A stretch of DNA of 60,255 bases, counting the filler, from Nemertoderma westbladi (lineage: Eukaryota > Animalia > Xenacoelomorpha): the NCBI GenBank assembly GCA_032718475.1. It is 3 parts of 3 records of this genome, joined end to end, with 100 filler letters (N's around TTAATTAATTAA, not from the genome) between each part and the next. Parts side by side here need not be neighbours in the genome. Positions count along the whole stretch, not along the records: positions 1 to 17,975 come from JAUCBJ010004221.1; 2 more parts are not named here. One strand, written 5' to 3'. Positions 1 through 13,113 of the stretch are shown piece after piece. The position numbers and the translations under genes were made by a program. Below the pieces are notes generated by a model. The model did no database searches. It was not told the DNA's origin and worked only from the letters and a program-made list of their open reading frames with translations. Position 1 is the stretch's first letter. The number at the start of each line of letters is the position of its first letter.

Positions 1-197
1 TAAAAGCGCAAACACCCCTTATTTTGTTACACCAAAAGTGAGGTACCTACTGAAAAACCTACCGAAGCCAGCTAACAAATATTATTAACATATTATTAGA
101 TTTTAAATTGAAAACAATCGAAATCATAGAAAGTAATAATCGAACACTGAACGAAAATAACAAATAAAGAATGAAATAGTTATTATTAAAACTTTTC

Positions 198-441
198 GAG
201 ACAGGGGGGGTTGGGGGGGCGGGGGACGCAAATCCCATCTTGGCGAATTAATATCCCGCCTCAATGTTTAATTCTCAATTTAGGGAAAGGAGCAGGTTAC
301 AGTGGCACGTTATTTTAACCAAAACAATAAACTAAACACAATAGAACAGGTTACAGTTTCATTTTTGAGAGTAATCAGCTGTTATTTGCGTCGAATTTCC
401 CCTGGAGAGGGATAAATTTTTATTGCGTCCAGTTCCCCCCC

Positions 442-479
<38 letters not shown>

Positions 480-485
480 TATCTG
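198..485. mobile_element. Non-autonomous DNA transposon (MITE) with poly-G/poly-C termini and 8-bp TSD
   Basis: Termini GAGACAGGGGG...CCCCCTATCTG; direct repeat AACTTTTC at 190-197 and 486-493; reverse-orientation copy at 48443-48715 has its own 8-bp TSD. Confidence 0.8.
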
Positions 486-551
486 AACTTTTCTTAGGTT
501 CTCGCATTATTATAAAGAAAATGGAAAGAAAATAAGGAGAAAAATTATTGT

Positions 552-2548
552 TCAGTTAGAATCAAGAATTGTATTATTAACCAGAAATTCCTTGCAATAT
601 AGGTAGCAGTCAAGGCCATTGTTATGGTTATTACCATTGTTGTCAAACAGTTCTGCAATTTCGCCCAGTAAACGTTGTTCAGCTTCTACAGATAGGGGAA
701 TATTGATGTTGGTCACACCAACATCAGATTGTTGTTCGTCCACTACAGGACCCTCCCAGTCTATTCCATAATTACTTACTTCACCTGGCTCGTCCTCTAT
801 GGAGGTATCTTGAAGTCGACTATTTACGAAAATCTTTCGCGGAGTCCAGTAGTGTTCAGTGCGCAAACCGTGATTATTCCACCCAATAACGAATTCATTC
901 AGTGCTGTATTGATGCGCTGCTTGAATGCCGTATGTAAACAATATATGTCATGAACATTTGAGGGGTCTAAATATTGATTATCTTCAAGCCAGTGAAACA
1001 GTTTGTAGTACACAATAATAACCGTTCGAAAAACATCCCTCCATAAACGTTCGATTCGTTGGTTGTGTGTACTTCTACCAGCTATGAAACTTCCCCGGTT
1101 TGTACCTCGACGATTTATCATATACTCTGCAACACTTCTGTTTTCACCTCCTTTGTCTCCCCTAACTCTAGAGGGCAATGGTTTTCAGAGGCTTTCAGGT
1201 CAGGTCAGGTATTCTAGGTCATTGGTCAAGAAAACTTGCCACCTCCATGCAGCATAAAGGAGGTGCCACCTGTAGCTGCACAGACCCTCTTACTAGGGCA
1301 AATCTGGTCCTGTAACTAGGAACCCCTTCGTTTTGGGATAAGGACGCCCTTGGTCCTGGATTAAGGACCCATATACTTGGCTGCAGGGGTATATGGCCTG
1401 ACCAGGCAGATGGTGATCTACCAATGGCTGGTCAGGAGTAAGGTGTTCTCATGTCCACTCTGAGTGCACTTCACTGCGACCTGCACCTGGCAGCAGGGGT
1501 ACAGGGCTTGGGCCAGCGATTGGTGGGTCATGTGCGCCAGAGTAGATATGGGTGATGGGCCTCATATCTGACTCCATTGCGACACCCACCCTGTGGAATG
1601 GCAAACCAGGGTTTGGTTTTTGCCCCGAGAGCTAGTCTAGAGGGCAAACCATATTTATCAACAGCCTCTAGAAGCAGAGGCAACACTGTCGATGCACAAT
1701 TGTTACCAGACATTTGTAAGTAAGTAATTAGTCTAGAATGTCCATCAATTCCGCCATGCAGGACTAAATTCCATCGTATGAGACTATGGTGTCCATCTAT
1801 ATGCCAAAGTGAGTTGGCCGCCTTTACGCTGTACTTTCGACGAAAGACAAGCGCTCCCCATCTAGATGCGGATGAAATTGGATCTACCTCCTTAAGGATT
1901 CTATGAACAGCATTTAGTCCAGCAAATACATTTCTGCTACGAAGTATCGAGTTAACAAATCTACACCCAGCATAAGGGTATTGTTGGTGAATTTCTCCAA
2001 TTATTCGTTTTAAATCTTCTTCATTAGTGTCGTGATAGCGACGACGCACACCCAGTTCATATTCTCGCACTCGATCCATTATTGTCGATCTGCTTACACC
2101 ATACATTTTTGAAATCTGGGTCCATCTAAATCCACTTTCATGTAAGAACGTGAGGATTTCCTTTGATATATCAAATTTCGGTCTACCACATCTTGACTCT
2201 AGATGAGTATCGATCGAGTTAATAGTTGGTACTTGTACAGCGGCAGTAGCTAAGGTTGTGCAACACGGACTAACTGGTATGGGAGTAGCTATTACTGTCT
2301 CTGAAAGTTTATTCAGATAAGTTAGATAATTCTCTCCTGCAGTATTATTGTTAGGCGCATTTAGCCCATTTATAATGGTTAAACTATGTGAACAGTTCTC
2401 CAGTCTTGCTAATAAATGTTCCTTTAAATCTTGATGCAAGCCGCATAGAACTCGAATCAGTACTGTTCTCGATAAAGCGTTCGCATTCTTTAATTACGTC
2501 TTCCAAATGTTTCACAAAGAATTCGACGGGATCGTTTCCACCATCCAT
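552..2548 (-). pseudogene. IS3/IS481-like integrase-core transposase with N-terminal HTH, split by an insertion and a frameshift
   Basis: HTH (GFRWTQISKMYGVSRSTI), [44 protein letters not shown] (D-D-E); ORFs 1528-2439 and 552-1178 rejoin at LPSR once 1179-1635 and one TSD copy are removed; frameshift near 2400-2440. Confidence 0.85.
1179..1635 (+). mobile_element. Insertion matching the 5' leader of RTE family A, 12-bp TSD
   Basis: TSD TCTAGAGGGCAA at 1167-1178 and 1636-1647; closely matches 5767-6220 and, in reverse, ~52890-53280. Confidence 0.85.
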
Positions 2549-2807
2549 AACAGTTAACTGTATTAGTAGGCCTAATAGTTCTGAATTAGTGTTTCTATAG
2601 ACCTCACATGAAACAGCAGTAGCAGTGGCCAGTAAAATATACAACAAGTGATAAGAATACATGCTTTTCTTACGATAAAATATAACAAAATAGATTCAAT
2701 AATGCTGAAATGGCGTTGTAATCGCTTTTAAATATAGCCCTTACTTAAATAACTATTGTGATTGGATGTTTGTTTCGTGTTGTCATAGAGAGCGCCAATC
2801 ACGATTG

Positions 2808-3476
2808 TTCTCGTGAGATTATTTATTTATCTCGCGAGATTAATTATTTTCTCGCGAGTTTAATCATTTATCTCACGAGATTAATAATTTTCTCGCGAGT
2901 TTAAACATTTATCTCGCGAGTTTAATCATTTATCTCGCGAGATTAATTATTTTCTCGCGAGTTTAATCATTTATCTCGCGAAATTAATTATTTTCTCGCG
3001 AATTTAATTATTTATCTCGCGGGTTTAATCATTTATCTCGCGAGATTAATTATTTTCTCGCGAGTTTAATTATTTTCTCGCGAGTTTAATCATTTATCTC
3101 GCGAGATTAATTATTTTCTTGCGAGTTTAATCATTTACCTCGCGAGATTAATTATTTTCTCGCGAATTTAATCATTTATCTCGCGAGATTAATTATTTTC
3201 TTGCGAGTTTAATAATTTATCTCGCGAGTTTAATCATTTATCTCGCGAGATTAATTATTTTCTTGCGAGTTTAATCATTTACCTCGCGAGATTAATTATT
3301 TGTTCGCGAGTTTAATCTTTTATCTCGCGAGTTTAATCATTTATCTCGCGAGATTAATTATTTTCTTGCGAGTTTAATCATTTACCTCGCGAGATTAATT
3401 ATTTGTTCGCGAGTTTAATCATTTATCTCGCGAGTTTAATCATTTATCTCGCGAGTTTAATCATTTATCTCGCGAC
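2808..3476. repeat. Subterminal tandem array of ~20-21-bp units with palindromic CTCGCGAG core
   Basis: About 30 units alternating ATTAATTATTTTCTCGCGAG and TTTAATCATTTATCTCGCGAG. Confidence 0.95.
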
Positions 3477-4224
3477 TAAATTCAGAAGAATATCAAGGGG
3501 AAATAAAATGTCGAATAAAAATACTAAAAGTATGCCATAGTATTACATCAACGAGATTAACTCTCTTTACTTTATAACTTCCATTAAGAATCCTTTGATT
3601 CTACATTTTTAGCTGATTCGCGTGGCCAGGCCCATTGTTTAGAATAATGTAGGCTTACCCCCAAGAAACATTTTACGAAATTACATTGTAAATTCGTAAA
3701 ATGCAATTATAATTAACAAGGCTAGGGCCAGTTGGGAAAAGCTAACCATATTATTTCCATCAGTGGCCTAATTATTGGCTAAGTACTGTAGCAATTTCTA
3801 CAGCAAAACTGTTTAATACCATCATCGTGGGATTTCCTGTCTAGAGGAAATGAGTTTAGGGGATCTCTGATGGCCTAATGGTGTGGGAGAGATGCGGCTC
3901 TATAAAAAAAAAAGGCGATGACAGTGGGTGGATGGCGGGGAGTACATTATCATGCCTTTATATTTGATTGATTTTGTGATTTGAAGATACAGGAGCAACT
4001 ATTAATCGATCTATTTCACACAGTTACTCCGTCAATCCTTCGATGATACATCGTTCAACAACGCCTGATGTAAAATTACGCGTGACACGTAGGCCTACAT
4101 CCTGGTATTTTAATTCACAGAATTATGTTTAGGAAAAATTGAGGCTGTATTATTTTTTGGGGACAAATCTCTCTAAATTTAGTTAAGCCCAAAAGCTAGT
4201 TAGTCTAAAGCTACTAGTAAAAGG

Positions 4225-4283
<59 letters not shown>
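4225..4283. repeat. (GTTA)n microsatellite
   Basis: Direct reading. Confidence 0.95.
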
Positions 4284-7200
4284 GCGTCGTTTTTGCAGTT
4301 ATATTTCACTTTGCAGTTTACCCCATGTGAAGAATACCACGAATTCACTCAAAAACTTAATCGAAACAAAACAATATTATATTTGGTTTCTATACAGGTT
4401 AATGATGGTAATAAGAGTTATACTCACTTAATAAGGGTAAATGTTTTATAATACAAATTCATCATATATAAAATTCCATTAAAATATCGATCAAAAAGTG
4501 AAAACCTGGTCTTCGCCATACATCGGATAGTACAGCGAATAGTAATTATTGTTAGAAAATTGGATCCATTAAAGAAGATATGTGTACAGTACTGATAATT
4601 CTTATCAATAAATTACTGTAACAACTAGAAATTGGATAATTAAAGATGTCAAATTTGTCATTGCCATTCAATCGGGAATTCTCTTAGATGTTAGATATAT
4701 TGATTGACATTTAACTGTCACCAACATTTTCTGCTTACTAATGATTTAAAAGATAATGTGTTCATCAGAAAACACTAAACATCATAATTATGCAGGGGGG
4801 GGGGGGGGGGGGGGGTCTGAAATACGCTTATGTAAAGAATTCCAGGTTACACAAATTTCGGTCAAAACTTTATTAAAATTTTATATGTCAAGAATTTATA
4901 TTTCATTATATGTATCCTTATATATCTTGTTTTATAGCACCGACTGTATTTCATTCTTATAACCTGTGCAAAATACTAATTCGTTTATTGTTTTGGTTAG
5001 ATTCAGTTAAAATTAGGAAACATAACTTCGGTAATAAATAATTAAGAGTTAATTGTATTTTAATATTTATTTATCAAGCACGTTATGTAAAAACCTTACC
5101 GGTAGGTATGTCAGTGCCAAACTATGTAAAAAACTAAAAAGCAACAAGACCTAGACGTTGCATGACGGCAGCCAGCTGATCGGTAGGTGTCGCCCCGCAA
5201 CTGAAGGCATTCTCAGGAGGCCAAGCCAGGAAATTTAGAGAGAAATCCCCAAAGGGGGACGGAACAGGTAATGATGAAAAGAAGATAAGTCTGTACTGTA
5301 ACTAACCACTGGGAAGCAGCACCGTAAACTTGAGCCAATCGTGTTTCTGTTTGTTGATAACCGGCTTGCGTATTTGGATGTAATACATTTCAAGCTTTTG
5401 CAAGACTGGCCGCAATGGGTGTTTAGCAATTACAGTGAAATGTTTAAACAATTCACGTGTATTGGGCTCGCGGCGGCACTTTATTATTGAATTTTCAAGC
5501 TTCTACTTCAATTGTTATAAATATTTATAATTAACATCTTTAAGTAATAATAATATTTGATTATAATAATTCTTTATAATATTTTTAATTGCAAATTATT
5601 GTGAATTATTCTGAAACGAAGAAGTTTCAATATGAATTCATTATCATATTTGACAGCAAGTTCTGGCATAGTTTTGGCGTCAATTTTGGTTCTTTCAATG
5701 CAAAGTATTGCAGGTTTGTTCTCATTTGAATTATTTATTTAAATATATTTTATATTAGGCCTATCCCAGGTCAGGTCAGGTATTCTAGGTCATTGATCAA
5801 GAAAACTTGCCACCTCCATGCAGCATAAAGGAGGTGCCACCTGTAGATGCATAGACCCCCTTACTAGGGCAAATCTGGTCCTGTAACTAGGACCCCCTTC
5901 GTTTTGGGATAAGGACGCCCTTGGTCCTGGATTAAGGATCCGTATACTTGGCTGCAGGGGTACATGGCCTGGCCAGGCAGATGGTGATCTACCAATGGCT
6001 GGTCAGGAGTAGAGTGTTCTGATGTCTACTCTGAGTGCACTTCACTGCGACCTGCACCTGGCAGCAGGGGTACAGGGCATCACCCAGCAGATGAGCTGCA
6101 CAGCCAATGGTGGGTCATGTGCGCCAGAGTAGATATGGGTGATGGGACACATATCTGACTCCACTGCGACACCCACCCTGTGGAATGGCAAACCAGGGTG
6201 TGGTATTTGCCCCCAGAGCTGACTCGGCAAAAAAGCACCCCCCAACCCCCACTATGGATTACATTAATAATCGGAGGTCCGGCCACTAGAGGCCAGTGGA
6301 ATTACCGGATACAATCGGCCTCACAGGCGTCAGTTATCTCCTGACCACCGGCTGCCTGTTTCACCCCCTACTGGAGAGAGAGCAGCCAACAATTATTTGA
6401 GTCCCTTTCCTGATGAAATTTCTGGCCCAAACCCTGGGTCACCAAGGAGGACAGATTGTGAGGGGGAGAGGGATTCTGGAGTTGGAGGCTACTCTCATGT
6501 TCCACCCCGACCAACAAAGCCATTGGTGAATCTGAGGCAAGTCACTAGACTAGCCTCAGTAAACACCCTAACACTCAGCTCCCCAATGCGACAAGGTGAG
6601 CTGACTGACTTGGCAGATAAGCTTTCTCTTAGTGGGTGTTCAAGAGCACCGAATGCAGGTTGGACAGACTGATGAGGTTCTGATTAAGGACATGGGGGCG
6701 GTTGGTGACTCGCCATCGCGTCAGCAGATGATAGTGGCAATGGTGGAATTGGTCTATTGATGAATCCAACTGCACATGCAGCATTGGACAAAATAGACCA
6801 AATCTCTAACCGCATCATCTGTTACCACTTCTCATGTTCTGGAAGACTGGCTAAGAAGTTTCCTAAGGTGGTTTTGATTGTGTGCTACTCTCCAACTAGT
6901 GTTGCCCCAGTAGAGGAGGTGGCACATTTCTACCACAATCTACAAGCAGCTACTGATGGAGTGGATCAGCATGCATTCTTAACATTCCTGGGAGACTTTA
7001 ATGCAAGTCTGCATCAATTACCTACATCGCCCTGGGTCTATAGCCTTTAACCGAAATTCCATCCATCTTCAGGATTTTATCTCTGGAAATGGATTGTTTT
7101 CGGCTGGAACCCAGTTCAAGAAGCGAACTGGAAAGCTGTGGACTCATAGTGGACCCAGTGGTCACAAGTCCCAGATAGACCATATTCTGTTTTGTTGGAA

Positions 7201-7534
7201 ATACAGGAGATCTATACAAGACTGTAATGCATTTACACTTCGACCCTTCTCCAGTGATCACCGCATTATTGTGGCCAAGGTAAGACTTAGTCTGCGTGCT
7301 AGCAGAACAACGAAATCTACCTTGCCGCGGCATGACTGGTCCTCTGGTCGCTGGGTTCATTGTGTCAAGTACAATGCACACATAGACACTATACCCAACC
7401 AGACACTATATAACATTGGAGATGTCTCACTGGTTCCCGCAAGCTTGACACTAGAACAAAATCGCAGGACATTTGCTGGACATTGCTTTCCCCGTGCCAG
7501 TGCATAATCTTGTACTTTGGCAGTCTCATGGAGT

Positions 7535-9763
7535 ACTACTACTACTAGGTCGACCGAACTCGGACAGTGGAAATGAGATCCTTCCAGGCTTCCCGATTCT
7601 CCATAGTTGTCGCAATTTCGTTTCTCCCAAGTTCAGTATCCCTTTCAAGTTGATCTATATATGTTATGGCAGGTCGTCCACGACTACGCTTTCCATGAGT
7701 TGGTTGCCAGAAAAGTAGATCTGGTATGACCTCGTCTTTACTTCGCCAGCAGTGCCCACTGAATCTTAATCTGCGTTCACGGAGGGTGGTTGATACAGGT
7801 GGTATTGTACCATAAAGCTCGGCGTTTGTCATGTGTTGTCTCCAGCTGATGTTTAGGGCTGCCCTTAGTAGTCTTGTGTAGCAACCATCAATTCGTTGTT
7901 CAAGTGATTTAGTCAGTGTCCAGGTCTCACCCCCGTATAAAAATACACTTTCCACTGTGGCTCGAAAGAACTTGGTCTTCAGGTGCCTGGAGAGATCTGA
8001 TTTCCAGATGGTATCCATTTTTGATAGAGCTACCCAAGCCTTTGCTTTCCTAACTTCTATGTCCTTTTTGCTACTCTCTATCCACGATCCAAGGTACTGG
8101 AAGTCATCTACCTCCCTTAGTTGATTATTATCAATGGTTGTCAAGTTTCCATCAACATTAAAGGTCATGAATTCGGTCTTGGTAGCATTTATATGCAATC
8201 CAACCTCCTTAGCAGCCCTCTCCACTTTATTTAGTAGAAGCTGTGCATCTGCTAGCGTATTAGAGAGCAGGGCGATGTCATCCGCAAAGTCGGTGTCTGT
8301 GACTGCAGTTGCCGGATATCTACTACTTCTGCGTTCTTGAAGTGTGAATCCCAGATCTTCACCCTTTGTGGCTGTCCTCATTGCGTAATCCAGCACAATT
8401 ACAAATAGTAATGGTGCTAATGTGTCACCTTGCAGTACGCCAGTCAGGATTGAGAAAAACTCAGTTTCACCATCTGGTGAGAGTACCTGCGCTTCTGTGT
8501 CACAATATAACAATCCAATGCCAGCAACAATTACTTCTGGTATTCCATAAGCTCTTAGGATTTCAAGCATTTTACCTCTATGGATGGAGTCGAATGCCTT
8601 CTTGAAGTCCACAAAAGTCATGACTGCGGGGAGATTCTTTGACTTAATTCCTTCAATCAGTCTCCGTAGTGCAAGTATCTGAGCTATTGTTGATCTACTT
8701 GGTCGAAATCCGTTTTGGCTCTTACGCAGTAGTTTCTCTATGTGAGGCCTAATCCTATATAGAACCATTTTATTGTATATTTTGGCAGCTACCACAAGCA
8801 GACAGATCCCACGATAGTTTGTTGGTATGCCGAGGTCTCCTTTCTTGGGGAGGGGCTTTAGTTGACCTTTAGTCCAAATTGGTGGTGGCTTTTCCCCTTT
8901 TAACATCTGGTTGCAAACATTCAATAATGGTCTATTTAGCACTCCGGTTTTCCATACCTCCGCTGGGATTTCATCTAATCCACTCGCTTTATTATTGGAC
9001 ATGCTTTTAATGCTTCTTTGGAGTTCGGCAGGTGTGAAGTCCCCTGTTTCTATAGGTAGTGTCTTGTCATATATTTTCCTTGTAGTGCTGACCTCGATGT
9101 TTGGTGGCTGCCCAAGCAAGTTGCTGAAGTGATTTTTCCACTTCCCAACACGTTCTTCAGGACTATCGGCTTTGAGGCGCCCCTTTGCACAACTTTTCCG
9201 ACCAGATACCTCATTTACAGTTTGCCAGGTAAGTCTTGATTGTTGCTGTATGTGAGCAGTTGTAATTGCTTCAGTTTTATCCTGTATGTACTTTTCCTGG
9301 CTGATGTTGTAGGCTAATTTAAGATCGTCCTTAGCTTTCTCAACCTTGTTAATGTTTTCGGTTGTTGGTTGTTCGGTTTTAACTTTGTAGGCTATCTTAA
9401 GATCTTCTCTCTTACAAGTAACCTCAGAGTTTTGCCATGGCACATACTGTTTTCGTTTAGGTTTCTGGGGGATATGCCTCTTAGCTGATTCCTTGTGGGC
9501 TGTTATTATATTCTGGTATATTGAATCGGTGGATTGGTCTTCATCCATTGACTGAAGTGCTTCAAAGCGGTTTTGAACTTCTACTGTATAAGCATCCTTT
9601 ACTGCATTGTCAGTTCTGAATTTCTCCCAGTCATAGTTGATTTGCTTGCTTGTCCTGGGTTTGCTGGCTCTCAAACTGAGTCTGATCTCTGCAGTCACAA
9701 TTCTGTGGTCCGAACCAATTAGGTTGAACGAGCTGTATGCCTCGCAGTTGATCATGCTATTTC
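7535..9763 (-). mobile_element. RTE-clade LINE family B, 5'-truncated, (TAG)n tail, 11-bp TSD
   Basis: TSD TCTCATGGAGT at 7524-7534 and 9764-9774; ACTACTACT tail at 7535-7547. Confidence 0.9.
7545..9763 (-). CDS. RTE reverse transcriptase with end of APE endonuclease, uninterrupted
   Basis: GSDHRIV, NYRGICL, QNGFR, FVDFKKAFDS, GVLQGDTLAP, FADD, FQYLGS, RLRFSGHCWR; the ORF-track extension to 9977 is antisense of family A. Confidence 0.92.
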
Positions 9764-10344
9764 TCTCATGGAGTGAATAAGCATAATGGACAGCCCATGA
9801 CTTTCTTGAAACGCATCTTAAAGGACACTGGCCTTGAAAATGCGGATGATTTGCTAAAATGTCATGGGTGATAGGGAGTTGTGGCGGCGCAATTTTGTCG
9901 ACAAGCCGGAACAGCATTCTTAAAAATGCAGCTGCAATGCAGCATGCCGATCCTACTAGTACCTTTTTATTAGCCATTATATAATAATAATATATATATT
10001 TTTTTATTAGCCTTTTAGTATAGTATTTCTCTATTAATATAATTATAATTAGAAGACCGTTAAATTTATCTTACTCTAAAAGTATTTAATAACTCCGCTG
10101 CAGAGAAGTAAATTACTTGCCAAGTTTATTGCTCTTTCACTCTATCCCAGACATTAAACAAACATCAACTGTTACTTTGTAATGTATTACCCCGTGACAA
10201 CCGCCATCTGAATAGCTCTTTCCAGAGAATCCTATGACGCTATGGGAAATATCTACTCACTGCTATATTAGGCCAGCTGATTTTAAGCACTGGGCCGTTT
10301 AAATGTTTATAGGTTAATAAGAATGAAATTTAGAGGCTGGAGGT

Positions 10345-10522
10345 GCTGTGGGTTGTAGGTACAGTGGTGGGTTGTACAGTAGGTACAGTGGGTTGTAGGT
10401 ACTGTGGGTTGTTGATCATATCTATGGGTTGTAGGTCCTATGGGTTGTAGGTCCTATGAGTTGTAGGTATTGTGGGTTGTAGCTTGTAGGTGCTGTGGGT
10501 TGTAGGTGCTGTGGGTTGTAGG
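10345..10522. repeat. Minisatellite of ~17-bp TGTGGGTTGTAGGTNC units
   Basis: About 9 degenerate copies. Confidence 0.85.
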
Positions 10523-10684
10523 TGTCATAACTGTATGAAAACTCTATTAGCTAGTCATGTCTACCAGCTGATAACCTTAACAGCTGTTATAGTAAGCACT
10601 ATTTATGTATGTACTTTCTATGTTATCTTGTCTTTAGTTGATTGTGTAAAAGGTTAATTGATTGTAGTTTATACCGATATTACA
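10523..10684 (+). repeat. Putative 5' LTR (~162 bp) of the Copia-order element
   Basis: TGTCATA...TATTACA termini (6/7 inverted match) directly followed by a PBS; partner LTR not present. Confidence 0.6.
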
Positions 10685-10696
10685 TGGTAGCAGAGC
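10685..10696 (+). promoter_or_regulatory. Primer binding site for initiator tRNA-Met
   Basis: TGGTAGCAGAGC immediately after CA; complementary to the animal tRNAiMet 3' end. Confidence 0.8.
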
Positions 10697-11929
10697 AATA
10701 TTAGTAATATGAACGTAGCTTAATTTAATATGAATGTAGTTTAATTCTTTGCGTTTTTGATGTTGTTGTTTTTTTTTCGTGGATCGAGTTTTTAAATACA
10801 AATTGATATAGTGACTTTGTTGTTGTTGTGAGATGGATAATAATGACAATCGAACTCCTGCGAAAGTTGGTAATTCTATATCCCCAGCATTTCCAGGAAA
10901 GAACAAATATGTGGAATGGCGCAGGCTGCTTAAAATGTGGGGACGAATCACTAAAATTCAGAAATGCGATCAAGCATCCACTGTCATACTTAGTCTTCCT
11001 GAGGGTGATGCACGTACACTCGCATTAACTGTTGATGATGCAGAATTGGATATTTAACGACGGATTACAACGCTTGATAACAGAATGGGATAGAGCATTC
11101 ATGAAGGATGAAGAAACGCGTGGTTATGAACGATGGCAAGAATTGAAGAACTTTAAGAAAAAAAGAGATCATTTCATACCAGGAGTACTGTGCCCAATTT
11201 AGTCGTGTGCGTGCAGAAGCAAAAACATTTAAAGTTGAAGTCAGTGAAACAACGTTTGCTTTTATGATGCTGGATGGGGCAAGTCTCAACAAAGAACAGC
11301 GAATGCTTATTCTTTCAGTTGCATTAGCAAGTGCTGGTGTAAATGGTCAGTTGAGTTACACTCATATAGAAGCTGCATTGCGTCGGTTAAATGCAGGTAA
11401 CAATGCAGCAAATGACATTACAACATCATCGAATCATGAAAATGCATTGGAAGCGAGTTCAACTGATTTCACTAGTACAAATGAAGTTCCTATCCTGTGA
11501 ATTTAAATGATTTGTCTGTGGCTGAAAAAGACGAAATTTTAGAAGTTGCATTTGCTACATGGAATAAGAATAAGAGAGAAACGAATTATTCCAATTTTTC
11601 CAAAATTCACAGAGGTAATTATACTGGATGGAGGAGAAATCATTTTACTCATAATACAGGTTCACCCAGGTTCAATCCAAAAGATATTCAGTCAGGCGAG
11701 GTGCTCAAGTGTCATCGTTGTCAGAGTCGATTCCATTTAGTTCGTGACTGCCCTTCACTAGGACAGTCAAGACTTACCAAGGTACTAATTATACATCACA
11801 TGACGAACAGACGGTGGGTCAAATTTTCTCTAGTGAAGCTGAAGATATTTTTGAGATTGGTGTTCAGAATAAATATAATTAAATTTGTTGCGAGATTATA
11901 ACAGTATTATAATATATTTCGTACCGACC

Positions 11930-12890
11930 ATCTCATTGGTTTAGATATGTCGACGACATTTGGTCTTTAGTGCCCTTAGAAGAAGTAGACTCCCTACTCA
12001 CTAAACTTAACTCAATCAACCCACATACACAATTCACAGTAGAACAGTCTGATAATAACAATAAATTGCATTTTTTAAACACCCTAATAACTCAAAATGA
12101 AACAAAGTTTTCCAGCACAATATACAAAAAACCAACACATTCTCAACGATATCTAAATTATGCCAGCAATCACCACCCACGTATAAAGAAAGGAATCGCT
12201 ACGACTCTAGCGTTTACTTGTAAATCCCTATGTACTGACGGAAGTCTAGACCAACAACTCGATACATACAAAAACACTCTAACAAAAAACGGATATCCCA
12301 CACGTATCATACACAACTCCTTCAGAAAAGCTTTAAATACCACCAGAAAATTAACCCCTAAAGAAAAATCACTGACTAACATTCCCCTTCCATACGTAAA
12401 AGATATAACGGAAGATTTAGAACGTTTATGTAATCGTTACAATATCGGTACCTACTTTCAACCCGGTACATCCATTGGATCAATTATCTGCAAAGGACAC
12501 AAACCCAAAAAACCCCCAAACTCCGTAACATACAGTATACCTTGCTCATGTGGGAAATTTTACATAGGAGAATCTAGTTATACAAAGGACGTCCGACAAA
12601 AACAACATACCGCAGACATAAAACATAGTAGAATCAAACAATCAGAACTCACCGCCCATATCATCACATCACAACACACACCCGACTTTAATAACTCCAA
12701 AATATTGCACAGAGGACTAAACCACACTTTAAGACGAAGAATTCTAGAAAGTTTATTTATAAAAGAAGGAGGTGACAAAGTAATTAACGGTAAATTATCA
12801 GTGAACGTATCATCAATATTCGTACCATTTCTACGCGGTTTCCAAGATTTCTACAACAGGGCCCAGAACCACAAAAAACATACACACTAA
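11930..12890 (+). CDS. Penelope RT C-terminal half plus GIY-YIG endonuclease
   Basis: WFRYVDDIW, LHFLN, YKKPTHSQRYLNYASNH, VTYSIPCSCGKFYIGES, RRILESLFI. Confidence 0.9.
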
Positions 12891-12941
12891 CACAAAAAAA
12901 AATAGGGGAGGGGGAGGTTACAATAACTATATAATAAAATA

Positions 12942-13113
12942 GTAGCATTTATTAATTTAGGATATGACATATTAGTATTTATTAATTTTAGGATATAACA
13001 AATAGCATTTATTAATTTAGGATATGACAAATTAGCATTTATTAATTTAGGATATGACATATTAGCATTTATTAATTTAGGATATAACAAATTAGCATTT
13101 ATTAATTTAGGAT
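12942..13113. repeat. 30-bp tandem repeat in the Penelope 3' UTR
   Basis: TAGCATTTATTAATTTAGGATATGACAAAT about 6 times. Confidence 0.9.

Larger units (their letters stand above)
552..3539 (-). mobile_element. IS3EU-like DDE DNA transposon (one terminus visible)
   Basis: Integrase-core ORF, subterminal TCTCGCGAG array, and minus-strand terminus TATGG (CCATA at 3535-3539) matching the TAY..RTA ends described for IS3EU; other end not found. Confidence 0.65.
5767..9960 (+). mobile_element. RTE-clade LINE family A, internally deleted and interrupted by family B
   Basis: APE endonuclease motifs (CYSPT, LGDFNA, SQIDHIL, SDHRII) at ~6540-7340 jump directly to C-terminal RTE motifs (RRTFAGHCF, LVLWQSHG), so RT is missing; 3' end resumes at 9764-9960 and matches 49060-49280 in reverse. 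Confidence 0.8.

Noticed and set aside
2808-3476. CRISPR-like palindromic array
   Set aside because: No unique spacers; it is a simple subterminal tandem repeat
6215-6395. HDV-like ribozyme in the RTE-A leader (AGCTGAC/GTCAGTT, GCC/GGC, CTGC/GCAG, CCAAC)
   Set aside because: Some helices fit, but L3 is short and P1.1 does not follow P1; cannot be supported without a structural search
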